A DNA stretch of 64,000 bases from Alphaproteobacteria bacterium (GTDB lineage Bacteria; Pseudomonadota; Alphaproteobacteria; Rhizobiales; Aestuariivirgaceae): positions 117-64,116 of the forward strand of contig JAHEBA010000006.1 in the NCBI GenBank assembly GCA_024642465.1. Reading direction: 5' to 3'. Within the stretch, counting starts at the first letter, position 1; each line of letters opens with the position of its first letter. Below the pieces are notes generated by a model, which saw only the letters and a list, made by a program, of their open reading frames with translations, searched no databases and was not told the origin of the DNA. Shown in pieces: positions 1 through 8,840 of this stretch. The translations under genes were made by a program, and so were the position numbers.

Positions 1-1
1 C

Positions 2-340
2 GAGAAAGCAGAAAAAATCAATCCATACCATCCCTCAAACTACCCCTTCCACAAGGGGCAGGCACTATTCATTCTAAAGAAATACAAAGAGGCTGAGGCC
101 GTATTGCGAGGTGGATTAAACCAGAACCCCACTTCCCAGAGATTGCGCGTATGGCTCGCTGCGACATTGGTCGAGTTAGGGCGTCAAGCTGATGCGGAAT
201 GGGAAGTGGATCAGATTTTGCTGGATGATCCCGATTTCAATCAAGTGAGCCTATACCACGTCTTTCCCTTCACCGACAAAGAGGCCGAAAATCGGTTTTA
301 CGGCGCATTGCAGGAGGCGGGATTTGATCACCGGTTCTAG
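2..340 (+). CDS. C-terminal part of a TPR-containing protein of the adenylate cyclase/TolB-like TPR family (5' truncated by window edge)
   Basis: Frame open from base 2: EKAEKINPYHPSNYPFHKGQALFILKKYKEAEAVL...WLAATLVELGRQADAEWEV...FPFTD...GALQEAGF; TPR helices and C-terminal motif typical of the family, as in 60177-61925. Confidence 0.7.
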   Translation, partial: EKAEKINPYHPSNYPFHKGQALFILKKYKEAEAVLRGGLNQNPTSQRLRVWLAATLVELGRQADAEWEVDQILLDDPDFNQVSLYHVFPFTDKEAENRFYGALQEAGFDHRF

Positions 341-360
341 AGCTTGCTCCCCGCCACTCA

Positions 361-398
361 GCGTCCTCTGCGTTGATAGAGAGGGCGTTTGTTTCTTC
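361..398 (+). terminator. Possible intrinsic terminator
   Basis: GCGTCCTCT...AGAGGGCGT stem (with G-U pairs) followed by TTGTTTCTT, just after the stop at 340. Confidence 0.4.
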
Positions 399-688
399 AA
401 ACCTTGACTATTTGCACTAAACATCTCCGCCGATAAGTCATCTTCGATGCCGTAGCGCTCGCCATCGCCTTAGGAAGCACGGCAGACGTTCCAGGCGAAG
501 TGCCGAACCGGCCGTTCCTGCTCCGGAGCGGGCGTCATTGCCTGCCAGACCAGACGCGGTTATCTGACGCAGATTGAATTTCGGCGAGCTTGGCGCTTCC
601 AGATTTGAATCTGACGCAAACAGTCACATGCTGCGTATCCGGAACTGCCAATGTCGCGCCAATATCCACCCTTGGGAGCCGGCATCAA

Positions 689-1840
689 ATGAACATACTT
701 GCGCAGGAAATGTTGTCGGCGGTGATGCAGCCGGTAGAAACCGCAAGAGGCCTTCCAAACGAGTTCTATACCGATCCGGAGGTCCACGTGGCCGAGAAGC
801 GTGTCCTGTTCGCATCGACGTGGGCGTGTGCCGGTTTCGTCAGCGACATCCCGAAGAGGGGCGATGCCAACCCGGTCAGCTTCCTCGGTCAGCCACTGCT
901 GATGGTTCGTGGCAATGACGATGACATCAAGGTGTTCCAGAACGTCTGCCGCCACCGCGGCATGATCCTGGTGGAAGAGAAGACCACGCTGCGCTCCACC
1001 ATCCGCTGCCCCTACCATTCCTGGTGCTACAATTTTGACGGTTCGCTCCGCACCACCCCGCACGTGGGCGGCCCCGGCAATAATCTTCACGACTGCATCA
1101 AGCGTGAAGAACTCGGCCTGATCGAAGTCAGAAGCCATGTGTTCATGGGTATGATCTTCGTCAACCTCGACGGAAAGGCGCCGGCGTTCAACGAGCATGC
1201 GGCAACCTTGCTCGAGCAGTGGAAGGAGTTTGTTGACCGCCCGCTGTTTCATGCAGGCCAGGACTCTTCCTTCAAACTCAATGTCCGGTGCAACTGGAAG
1301 CTGGCAGTCGAGAATTATTGCGAAAGCTACCACCTGCCGTGGGTTCATCCGGGCCTCAATTCCTATTCACGTCTGGAAGACCACTACAACATCGTTGAAC
1401 CGGGCGCCTATTCCGGTCAGGGCTCGGTTGTCTACAACTCGCAACTGGACGCCACCCGTAAGTTTGCCAATTTCGATGGTCTTTCGGACAAGTGGAACAC
1501 CGGTGCGGAGTATGTTTCACTGTATCCCAACGTGTTGCTCGGCGTTCATCGCGACCACACGTTCGCGATCATGCTCGATCCGCAGTCCCATGACCAAACC
1601 ATCGAGCGCGTCGAGATTTTCTACGCGACCGAGGAAATGTGCGGGCCTGAAATGGCCGACCTTCGCCAGAAGAATGCGAAGATGTGGAAGGACATATTCA
1701 TCGAGGACATCTTCGTGGTGGAAGGCATGCAGAAGGGCCGTTCTGCCTCGCTTTATGACGGCGGCAAGTTCTCGCCCGTGATGGACGTGCCGACGTACTG
1801 CTTCCATGAGTGGGTGGCGCGGCGGTTTACCGGGAAATGA
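689..1840 (+). CDS. Rieske non-heme iron oxygenase alpha subunit (choline/betaine monooxygenase-like)
   Basis: CRHRG...CPYH Rieske motif; NWKLAVENYCESYHLPWVH iron motif; EDIFVVEGMQ; ATG at 689 with GGGAG upstream. Confidence 0.9.
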   Translation: MNILAQEMLSAVMQPVETARGLPNEFYTDPEVHVAEKRVLFASTWACAGFVSDIPKRGDANPVSFLGQPLLMVRGNDDDIKVFQNVCRHRGMILVEEKTTLRSTIRCPYHSWCYNFDGSLRTTPHVGGPGNNLHDCIKREELGLIEVRSHVFMGMIFVNLDGKAPAFNEHAATLLEQWKEFVDRPLFHAGQDSSFKLNVRCNWKLAVENYCESYHLPWVHPGLNSYSRLEDHYNIVEPGAYSGQGSVVYNSQLDATRKFANFDGLSDKWNTGAEYVSLYPNVLLGVHRDHTFAIMLDPQSHDQTIERVEIFYATEEMCGPEMADLRQKNAKMWKDIFIEDIFVVEGMQKGRSASLYDGGKFSPVMDVPTYCFHEWVARRFTGK

Positions 1841-2070
1841 ATGCCGTGACGGATCTGCAGCAGCGCATGCTGCGCGCTCACCACGCCGGCGATAACGCAG
1901 CGCTGCCAACGCTTTATCTGGAGGCCGCCCGGCTGCGAGAGGCGCAAGGCGAGGTTGATGCAGCCTGCTTCTTCTACACCCAAGCTTATGTTTACGCGCT
2001 TGATGCCGGTGACGACGCGACTGCCGGCGAGGCCCGCAACAGATTGAAGACACACGGCCGCGATCGATAG
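1837..2070 (+). CDS. Small helical hypothetical protein
   Basis: ATGA overlap with the Rieske stop; 77 aa with AACFFYTQAYVYAL segment; host-like codon usage. Confidence 0.7.
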   Translation: MNAVTDLQQRMLRAHHAGDNAALPTLYLEAARLREAQGEVDAACFFYTQAYVYALDAGDDATAGEARNRLKTHGRDR

Positions 2071-2185
2071 TTTTTACCTGATACACAAATTGAAGCCCAG
2101 TCGATGACAGCATCACTAAACCATTCTAGCCCCGCGGCGACCGCTGCCGCCAGTTCCCAGCTTCTTTCGTGAAAGGCATCCAAAC

Positions 2186-4597
2186 ATGCGCACCCATGCC
2201 CAGGCCGTCGTGATCGGTGGCGGCCTCATCGGCTGCTCGATCCTCTATCATCTGGCCAAGCTCGGCTGGACCGACGTGGTTCTGCTGGAGCGTGACGAAC
2301 TGACGTCGGGTTCTACATGGCATGCGGCGGCCGGCATTCATGGCCTGCATGACAACAACAACATCACCCGTATCCAGAACTACACGATGGATTTGTACAA
2401 CGCGCTTGAGGCCGAGACCGGCCAGGGCTGCGGGGTGTACCAGCCGGGTTCGCTGTATCTGGCGCAGACCGAGGCACGCGAGCACCAGTTGCGCCTGCAG
2501 GCGGCCAAGGCGAAATACTATGGGCTGAACTTTCACGAGGTCAGCCGCGACGAAGCAAAACGCCTGCATCCGCTGGTCAACTTCGACGGCATCCGCTGCA
2601 TCATGTTCGAACCCTCCGGCGGCAATGTCGACCCGTCGGGTGTGACGCATGCTTACGCCATCGGCGCCCGCCAGCGCGGTGCGGAAATCCACCGTTTCAC
2701 GCCGGTGACCGCCACCGAGCAGCAGCCCGACGGCAGCTGGATCGTGCGCACGCCCAATGGCGACATCCGGACACAGTGGGTGGTGAACGCAGCCGGTCTG
2801 TGGGGCCGCGAGGTGGCAGCCATGGCCGGGATCACACTGCCACTGCAGCCCACCGAGCATCAGTACTTCGTGACTGAGACGATCCCCGAGATCGCCGCGA
2901 TGGACCGCCGCCTGCCGTCGGTCGCCGATCGTGACGGCGAATATTACATGCGCCAGGAGGGCAAGGGACTGCTGATCGGTGCCTATGAGCGCGACATGCG
3001 GTTCTGGGCCGAGGAAGGCACGCCGCTCGACTTCGCCCACGACCTGTTCCCGGACGACCTGGAGCGCATCGAGGAGAACATGATGCGCGCGATTGATCGC
3101 GTGCCGGTGGCCGGCGAGACCGGCATCAAGCGTGTCATCAACGGACCGATGATCTGGTCGCCGGATTCCAACGTGCTGTACGGGCCGCACCCCGACCTGA
3201 AGAACTACTTCTGCTGCAACGGCATCATTCCAGGTTTCTCGCAATCCGGCGGCATGGGACTGATGGCGGCGCAATGGATGATCGAGGGCGAGAGCCAGTA
3301 CGACATGTTCGCCTGGGACGTGGCGCGCTTCGGCGAGTGGGCGGACAAGGCCTTCACCATGGCGCGCGTGCGCGACCAGTACGCAAACCGCTTCAAGATC
3401 CACTTCCCCAACGAGGAACGCGAGGCCGGCCGACCGGTGCGCACCCGTCCCGTCTACGAGATGCAGAAACAGATGGGCGCCGTCTTCGGCCTGAACTACG
3501 GCTGGGAGCACCCGCTCTGGTTTGCGGACAAGCCCGGCGTCGCGGATGCCAACGGCTTCACGCGCCAGAACTGGTGGGAGCCCGTCGGCAACGAGTGCAG
3601 GATGCTGCGCGACAAGGCCGGCATCATCGACATCTCGAACTTCGCCAAGTATCGCGCTACCGGGCAGGGATCATCTGACTGGCTCGACTCGATCTTCGCC
3701 AACCGGATGCCGAAGCTCACCGGGCGCTCGTGCCTGACGCCGCTCATCGGCGTGCGCGGCGGCATAGCGGGAGACTTTACCGTCACGAAGCTCGGCGACG
3801 AGAACTTTCTCATCGTCGGTTCCGGCATGGCCGAGCGCTATCATAAGCGGTTTTTCGATGCCGTGCCACGCCCTGCAACCGTGCTCTTCGAGAGCCGGAC
3901 GGAGGCGATGTGCGGCTTCAACGTGGCAGGTCCGCAATCGCGCGCACTGCTGCAGGGCCTTACCAACGCCTCGCTGGCAACGCAGGAATTCCCGTTCATG
4001 CGGTCGAGCCAGATCAGCGTGGCCGGCGTGGATGTGATCGCGATCAGGGTGTCCTTCACCGGCGACCTGGGGTGGGAACTGCATTGTGACGCGGCGGACC
4101 AGCAGAAGCTCTATTCAGCCCTGCTCGAAGCCGGGAAGCAGTTCGGCGCCGGCCCGGTCGGCTCGCGCGCGCTGATGAGCCTGCGCGTGGAAAAGGGCTA
4201 TGGTTCGTGGGGCCGGGAATACAGCCCCGAATACTGGCCGCAGGAAACCGGTCTCGCGCCGCTCATAAAGATGGACAAGGAGTTCCTCAACAAGGCCGCC
4301 TATGCAGCGCTCATGGAGCGCGCGCCGCGCGAAACACTGGCAATCGTCGAAGTACTGGAAACAGACGACGCGGATGCGACCGGTGGCGAACCTATCTTCC
4401 GGACTGACGGCACACCTGCTGGCCGTGTTACTTCGGGGACCTATGGCTACTCTGTCGGCAAGTCACTGGCACTGTGTTATCTCCGCGATACCGCACCGGG
4501 AGATGAGGTCCATGTGATGGTCCTCGGGCGTCCGCATCGCGGCGTCGTGCTTGATCGCCCACCGTTCGATCCGGAGGGAACGCGGCTGCGGGCCTGA
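2186..4597 (+). CDS. Dimethylglycine/sarcosine dehydrogenase-like flavoprotein (DAO + GcvT domains)
   Basis: GGGLIG FAD motif, LTSGSTWHAA, GcvT folate domain (RVSFTGDLGWELH, LRVEKGY), PFDP C-terminus. Confidence 0.9.
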   Translation: MRTHAQAVVIGGGLIGCSILYHLAKLGWTDVVLLERDELTSGSTWHAAAGIHGLHDNNNITRIQNYTMDLYNALEAETGQGCGVYQPGSLYLAQTEAREHQLRLQAAKAKYYGLNFHEVSRDEAKRLHPLVNFDGIRCIMFEPSGGNVDPSGVTHAYAIGARQRGAEIHRFTPVTATEQQPDGSWIVRTPNGDIRTQWVVNAAGLWGREVAAMAGITLPLQPTEHQYFVTETIPEIAAMDRRLPSVADRDGEYYMRQEGKGLLIGAYERDMRFWAEEGTPLDFAHDLFPDDLERIEENMMRAIDRVPVAGETGIKRVINGPMIWSPDSNVLYGPHPDLKNYFCCNGIIPGFSQSGGMGLMAAQWMIEGESQYDMFAWDVARFGEWADKAFTMARVRDQYANRFKIHFPNEEREAGRPVRTRPVYEMQKQMGAVFGLNYGWEHPLWFADKPGVADANGFTRQNWWEPVGNECRMLRDKAGIIDISNFAKYRATGQGSSDWLDSIFANRMPKLTGRSCLTPLIGVRGGIAGDFTVTKLGDENFLIVGSGMAERYHKRFFDAVPRPATVLFESRTEAMCGFNVAGPQSRALLQGLTNASLATQEFPFMRSSQISVAGVDVIAIRVSFTGDLGWELHCDAADQQKLYSALLEAGKQFGAGPVGSRALMSLRVEKGYGSWGREYSPEYWPQETGLAPLIKMDKEFLNKAAYAALMERAPRETLAIVEVLETDDADATGGEPIFRTDGTPAGRVTSGTYGYSVGKSLALCYLRDTAPGDEVHVMVLGRPHRGVVLDRPPFDPEGTRLRA

Positions 4598-4688
4598 TGA
4601 CACCACGATCGATGGTGCGGAGTGTCATCTCGGTGTCGAAGTGGATGACGCAATTGCTCTGTCAGAACAGTCAGATGTCTGGCAATGA

Positions 4689-4717
4689 ATGTGGAGCGTA
4701 CATTGTTCGCTCCACAT
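4689..4717. terminator. Hairpin between convergent genes
   Basis: ATGTGGAGCG...CGCTCCACAT perfect 10-bp stem. Confidence 0.35.
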
Positions 4718-4806
4718 CAAAACGGCCGGCTTCAATCCCGAACGAATAGCAATCCTGACTGCAGAGTATGCGGATCCAATTCCCCTGTTCGATAAAGAGG
4801 GCGTGG

Positions 4807-5661
4807 TCAAGTTCCTCGCAGTACCTCGATCACCGTCGCGATGTCGCGGTTGCCATGGCCCAAGGCAATTGCGCGTCGAAACAGGCTTGAAATGAGCTCC
4901 GGAACTTCCCGGTTGATGCTGGCTGTAGTCGCGTGATCAAGAATCCTGTCGAGCGCCGCATTCCAGACCTCAAGCGTTGCGCCGGGATTGTCGTATTCCG
5001 ACTTGTGGATGCGCCAGGCCAGATGTGCTGCAGGATCGTCTGATGGCAGCATCGACGCGAAGACATCGACGCCAAGCCCTTCAGCTTCACAAGCCCGAGC
5101 CCCGTGCCAGACACCCAGGTAGTTTGAAAGCTGATGTGTCAGCAGGGCCATGTCCAGCACCGCTGCCGCGCCTGTTTCATCGCTGACATGCCGAAGATCG
5201 CCACCAAGGCAATCGAGCAGGGGCTTGCACGCCTTGTAGAGTTCGGCAGGTCCGGCGAAAAGGATCTGGGCATCCTCGGCCCCGATGCCATCCGGATACG
5301 GCATGATTGCGCCATCCAGCACATTGACGCCGCCTGCTGTCAGCCAGTTCGACAGATCCCGCGCCTCGGCGGGCGTGCCGGTGCTGAGTTGGACCAGCGT
5401 CCGCCCCGAGAGGGGTTCAAGCATACCGGACCCGTCGATCAGCCGTCGTGTGGCATCGTAATTGTCTATGCAGACAACAGTAACCGGGCTTGCCTCTGCT
5501 GCCTCGGCCGGTGAACTCGCTGCCGTGGCGCCAAGCGAAACCAATGGCTCCATTCTGGCCGCTGTCCGGTTCCAGATGGTTACAGAATGACCTGCGCCGA
5601 CAAAGGCTCGGCCCAGAGCCGATCCCATCGCTCCCAGTCCAATCATGGTGACATCGGTCAT
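4807..5661 (-). CDS. NAD(P)-dependent oxidoreductase, imine reductase / beta-hydroxyacid dehydrogenase family
   Basis: GLGAMGSAL, WNRT, LVQLSTGTP, LDGAIM, GAAAVLDMALL motifs; ATG at 5661. Confidence 0.85.
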   Translation of the reverse strand: MTDVTMIGLGAMGSALGRAFVGAGHSVTIWNRTAARMEPLVSLGATAASSPAEAAEASPVTVVCIDNYDATRRLIDGSGMLEPLSGRTLVQLSTGTPAEARDLSNWLTAGGVNVLDGAIMPYPDGIGAEDAQILFAGPAELYKACKPLLDCLGGDLRHVSDETGAAAVLDMALLTHQLSNYLGVWHGARACEAEGLGVDVFASMLPSDDPAAHLAWRIHKSEYDNPGATLEVWNAALDRILDHATTASINREVPELISSLFRRAIALGHGNRDIATVIEVLRGT

Positions 5662-5718
5662 CTCCGGTTCCTCGAGCAAGCTTTCAGGGCAACCGAAGGG
5701 TTTGCCTTCTGAACAGCA

Positions 5719-6318
5719 TCATTCGACGATGATGACTTTGCCCGTGATGGCGCCCTCGACACTCTTGGCGTAGGCGAGCCCGACCCGGCGCGATGGCACC
5801 GGCTCATGGCCAGGGAAAAAACCTTCATACTTCTTCGCCGACGGTTCGAGCAGTCCGGGGCTCACCACGTTGATCCGGATACCTCGTGGCATTTCGATTG
5901 CTGCGCCCACGACAAAGCCACCGAGCGCACCGTTGGCAGTGGCGGCACCGGCCCCCATTCTTACCGGGTCGCGGTCCAGCACGCCGCTGGTCAGCGTAAA
6001 CGAACCGCCGTCGCTGATGTGATTGAAACCAGCCAGCACGAGGTTGACCTGACCCATCACCTTGTTGGTCAAACCCAGCATGAACTGTTCCTGGGTAAAT
6101 TCGGTGAGCGGCCCGAAATGAACCGCACCAGCGGCACAGACAACCGCATCTGCCTGGCCCACCTTCCGGTACATCGCCTCGATCGAACTGCGATCGGCCA
6201 TATCGGCGTGGACGTCGCCACTGCTCCGGCCCACCTTTATCAGCTCGTGCCGGCTTCCCAGTTCATCGCAAACAGCGCTGCCGATGGTACCCTGGGCTCC
6301 AACAATGATGATTTTCAT
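5719..6318 (-). CDS. Short-chain dehydrogenase (short, ~200 aa atypical SDR)
   Basis: GAQGTIG Rossmann motif, GSFTLTSG, RINVVSPG; GAGGAG RBS. Confidence 0.85.
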   Translation of the reverse strand: MKIIIVGAQGTIGSAVCDELGSRHELIKVGRSSGDVHADMADRSSIEAMYRKVGQADAVVCAAGAVHFGPLTEFTQEQFMLGLTNKVMGQVNLVLAGFNHISDGGSFTLTSGVLDRDPVRMGAGAATANGALGGFVVGAAIEMPRGIRINVVSPGLLEPSAKKYEGFFPGHEPVPSRRVGLAYAKSVEGAITGKVIIVE

Positions 6319-6526
6319 TTCTGCTCCTCGTCCTCATGTGTGGCCCGATCATCAGGAAGCGTTGCGGGTAGCCGACGATACCGGCCGCAAATACGGCGCT
6401 GAGCCGCCCTTTCATCGCGATAGTCTGCAACAGGAAACATTAGCGCTGAAACGAATTCAAATCCAATCATGGGACGCTGCCCATTGGCACGCCGCTGACT
6501 GTTCGACCGCCAAAGAGGTTCAAAAT

Positions 6527-6738
6527 TCACTCGGGGAGGCCAGCTACCCGGAACGCTGCGATGAACCGTTTTAGCTGTGCCTCATGCTGGCAGGGCAGAC
6601 AGTCATAGTAAGTACGGATCGACAGGTTTTGCTCGATCCGAAGTATGTTCTCAATGTCTCTGCGGGCCGCATCGATGTCCCCCAGCTCGGCTTTTGCTGC
6701 AACTCGGAATGCGAAGGAGTTGCCGGGCCCGGCACCAA
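6527..6738 (-). pseudogene. Remnant: C-terminal ~65 aa of a TPR adenylate-cyclase-family gene
   Basis: PGNSFAFRVAAKAELGDIDAARRDIENILRIEQNLSI...RFIAAFRVAGLPE* matches the family C-terminus; no start or upstream domains. Confidence 0.65.
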
Positions 6739-6740
6739 GG

Positions 6741-7412
6741 CTACGTGGCGCAGGTGCGTGCCTCCGGCGCCAGCACGGCCACAAGGCAGAGCGACAAGAC
6801 AGCTGCGAAGTAGCACCACACCGAAATGAAGGCGGCCGGAAACCACAGTTCGGTGGCGACCAGCGAAAGGGCGATGAGGGCGCCGAAGCCCTGGATGCTG
6901 CGGTCCGACGACAGGCCGAGTGCGCCGACGATGATGCCGACATATGTCAGCTTGAGCGCCAGGCGAACCCCTTCTCTCGGCAGCAACTGCGGCAGGTGAT
7001 AGCTGATCGAGCCTGTCTGGGTGCTGACGGGAATGTTGCCCAACGAAGCAACGACCGGGACGAACAGGACCATGCCCAGGGCGACGCCGGCTGCCATCAA
7101 CGCTGCCAGTATGGTTCCGCCGGGGTTCTCCTCCCGGTGGAACAGGTGGACTGCCACAGGCACCGCGATGGGCCAGAAAAGGTGGGAGAAGAACAGAAAC
7201 CCTGCTGCGCCCCAGTCGATCAGTAACGGCCTGCCATGATCGAGTCCGAGCCAGACCAGCCCTTCCATGGCTTGTTGAACGGCGAAAGCCAGCGGAAAAA
7301 CCGCGAACCCCATCCAGCTTGCGCCAAGTGCGTGTGCGTACCTGACGCAGACAATGCCTGCCGGGGCGAGTGCTGCCGCAAAAGTAAAGCTTGCCGTTGC
7401 TGAAAAGCACAT
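6741..7412 (-). CDS. Multi-pass membrane protein, DUF6629-like
   Basis: Begins MCFSATASF; QQAMEG, SHLFWP, FISVWCYFAA motifs; about 7 hydrophobic segments. Confidence 0.75.
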   Translation of the reverse strand: MCFSATASFTFAAALAPAGIVCVRYAHALGASWMGFAVFPLAFAVQQAMEGLVWLGLDHGRPLLIDWGAAGFLFFSHLFWPIAVPVAVHLFHREENPGGTILAALMAAGVALGMVLFVPVVASLGNIPVSTQTGSISYHLPQLLPREGVRLALKLTYVGIIVGALGLSSDRSIQGFGALIALSLVATELWFPAAFISVWCYFAAVLSLCLVAVLAPEARTCAT

Positions 7413-7523
7413 GCGTTCCGCCAGCCTCCTGCCGCTACCACCGCCCTGTCCGGGCCACAGGTGCAAGCTTGGGCGCGGCGGACCATGCCGGCCATGGCCG
7501 AGGTCAATCGGCGCTATATGGGC

Positions 7524-8645
7524 TCAACCCTTCGGGAAGTAGTCCTCGCAGGAACCTTCACGGTAGACGTCCGCCGTGCAGCAATGCAGGCCGCCACCGA
7601 AAGCGTAGGCATCGCGCAGTTCAACCTCGATCACTTCCATGCCCAGCTTGTCCATCTGCTCTGCCTGGTAGACCTCCGACTTCTCGACGCAAACGGTCTT
7701 GGGGTCGAGCACCAGCACGTTCATGCTCAGCCACGTGGATGAGTAGCACAGCGGCGGCGGCGAGTTGTGCGCGGGCTGGGCCGCGTCGACGATTTCCCAG
7801 CCATTGCGGTGGAAGTACTTGCGCTGCTCATCCGGCAGGCGGCGGTTCGGGTTGTTCAGAATGAGCCCGGGACGCAGTGGCGTGAACGTCGCGTCGATAT
7901 GGATCGGATAGGGGTCGCCGGGGAAATTCACGGCATGCACCCGATGATCGGGGAAGTGGCGGCGCAGCCACTCGATGCCCTTCAGGTTGGTGGTGAAGCC
8001 ATGCTGCACCACGAGGTCCTTGCCGAAGCGCAGCACGTCGGCGGCGTCGAACAGGGGCTCTTCCTCAGTGGTCACGAAGAACTTGTCTGCCGTCCACTCA
8101 AGCCGCTTCTGGATGCCGATCTTTTCAGACAGGTAGTCCTTGCGGTAGTCGGCATCGGTCAGGCGCGGCTTGGGTGCTGCCTCGTGACGGAAGTCCGGGT
8201 CTTCTTCCCAGTATTTCTGCATCATCGGCCGGTAGCAGAGATATTCGAACCAGCGGCAGCGATAGGACATGGTGGCTTCAAGGATCTCGTTGCCGACCGT
8301 CAGCAGTACGTCGCGGGGCGGCATGCAGCCGAACTGGCTGTCGGTGTGGAAATCAGGCGTCGTCACCGGCAGCGAAAAGTCGGTCGGCGTCGGCCGGTCA
8401 ACGCGGATGCCGCGCCTTGTCAGCATGTTCGCGAAATCGTCGAGAAGTTCGTTCCCGCGGTCGATGGTTTCCTGGGGGCGCTTGCCCCACTGGCCGCGCA
8501 TGTCCGAGTCTTCCGGCACCTTGGCGTCCAGCGCCGGTTCGGCGGGCGGGATGTGGCAGTCAGTGGCGACGCCCACGATGACGTGCTTCAGCGGATCCCA
8601 TTCGTTCCAGCTGTTGACCTTTGTCTTGTCCGGTGACCACGCCAT
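7524..8645 (-). CDS. Amidinotransferase (L-arginine:glycine amidinotransferase-like)
   Basis: NSWNEWDPL, PRD, FDAAD, HIDATF, WLSMN, GGGLHCCT; Asp-His-Cys triad as in AGAT/CyrA/StrB1. Confidence 0.9.
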   Translation of the reverse strand: MAWSPDKTKVNSWNEWDPLKHVIVGVATDCHIPPAEPALDAKVPEDSDMRGQWGKRPQETIDRGNELLDDFANMLTRRGIRVDRPTPTDFSLPVTTPDFHTDSQFGCMPPRDVLLTVGNEILEATMSYRCRWFEYLCYRPMMQKYWEEDPDFRHEAAPKPRLTDADYRKDYLSEKIGIQKRLEWTADKFFVTTEEEPLFDAADVLRFGKDLVVQHGFTTNLKGIEWLRRHFPDHRVHAVNFPGDPYPIHIDATFTPLRPGLILNNPNRRLPDEQRKYFHRNGWEIVDAAQPAHNSPPPLCYSSTWLSMNVLVLDPKTVCVEKSEVYQAEQMDKLGMEVIEVELRDAYAFGGGLHCCTADVYREGSCEDYFPKG

Positions 8646-8713
8646 GCCCCTTGCCCTTTCGCCTTCATGTGCCCCTGATTCAGGATGCTTCCCATAGCGC
8701 AGGCATCAAAACT

Positions 8714-8730
8714 TGCAACGGCTTTTTGCA
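8714..8730. promoter_or_regulatory. NtrC-like box in divergent intergenic region
   Basis: TGCAACGGCTTTTTGCA = 17-bp TGCA-N9-TGCA. Confidence 0.4.
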
Positions 8731-8840
8731 ATGGCAGCCGCATCAACTTTGGCCTTGCCAAACATTAGGATGACTGTGATTGCCAACCGCCCGCCTTTGC
8801 CGCAGACTCCCGGCTCTCGAACTGAAGGAACCTTGCGGTC

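Noticed and set aside
332..360. GGTTCTAGAGCTTGCTCCCCGCCACT loosely resembling a tRNA 3' end or att site
   Set aside because: T-loop and acceptor-stem pairing do not fit, there is no CCA, and it overlaps the stop of the upstream gene.
455..545. Intergenic stretch reminiscent of degenerate alphaproteobacterial MITE-like repeats
   Set aside because: No terminal inverted repeats or second copy visible in the window; cannot be supported without a genome-wide search.
4625..4895. Short ORFs between the convergent dehydrogenase and reductase genes
   Set aside because: No RBS or recognisable motif and they overlap hairpins; possibly a gene remnant but not identifiable.
7524..8645. Amidinotransferase as evidence of a toxin or antibiotic cluster (saxitoxin, cylindrospermopsin, streptomycin)
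   Set aside because: No PKS, NRPS, sugar-pathway or other cluster genes are present in the window.
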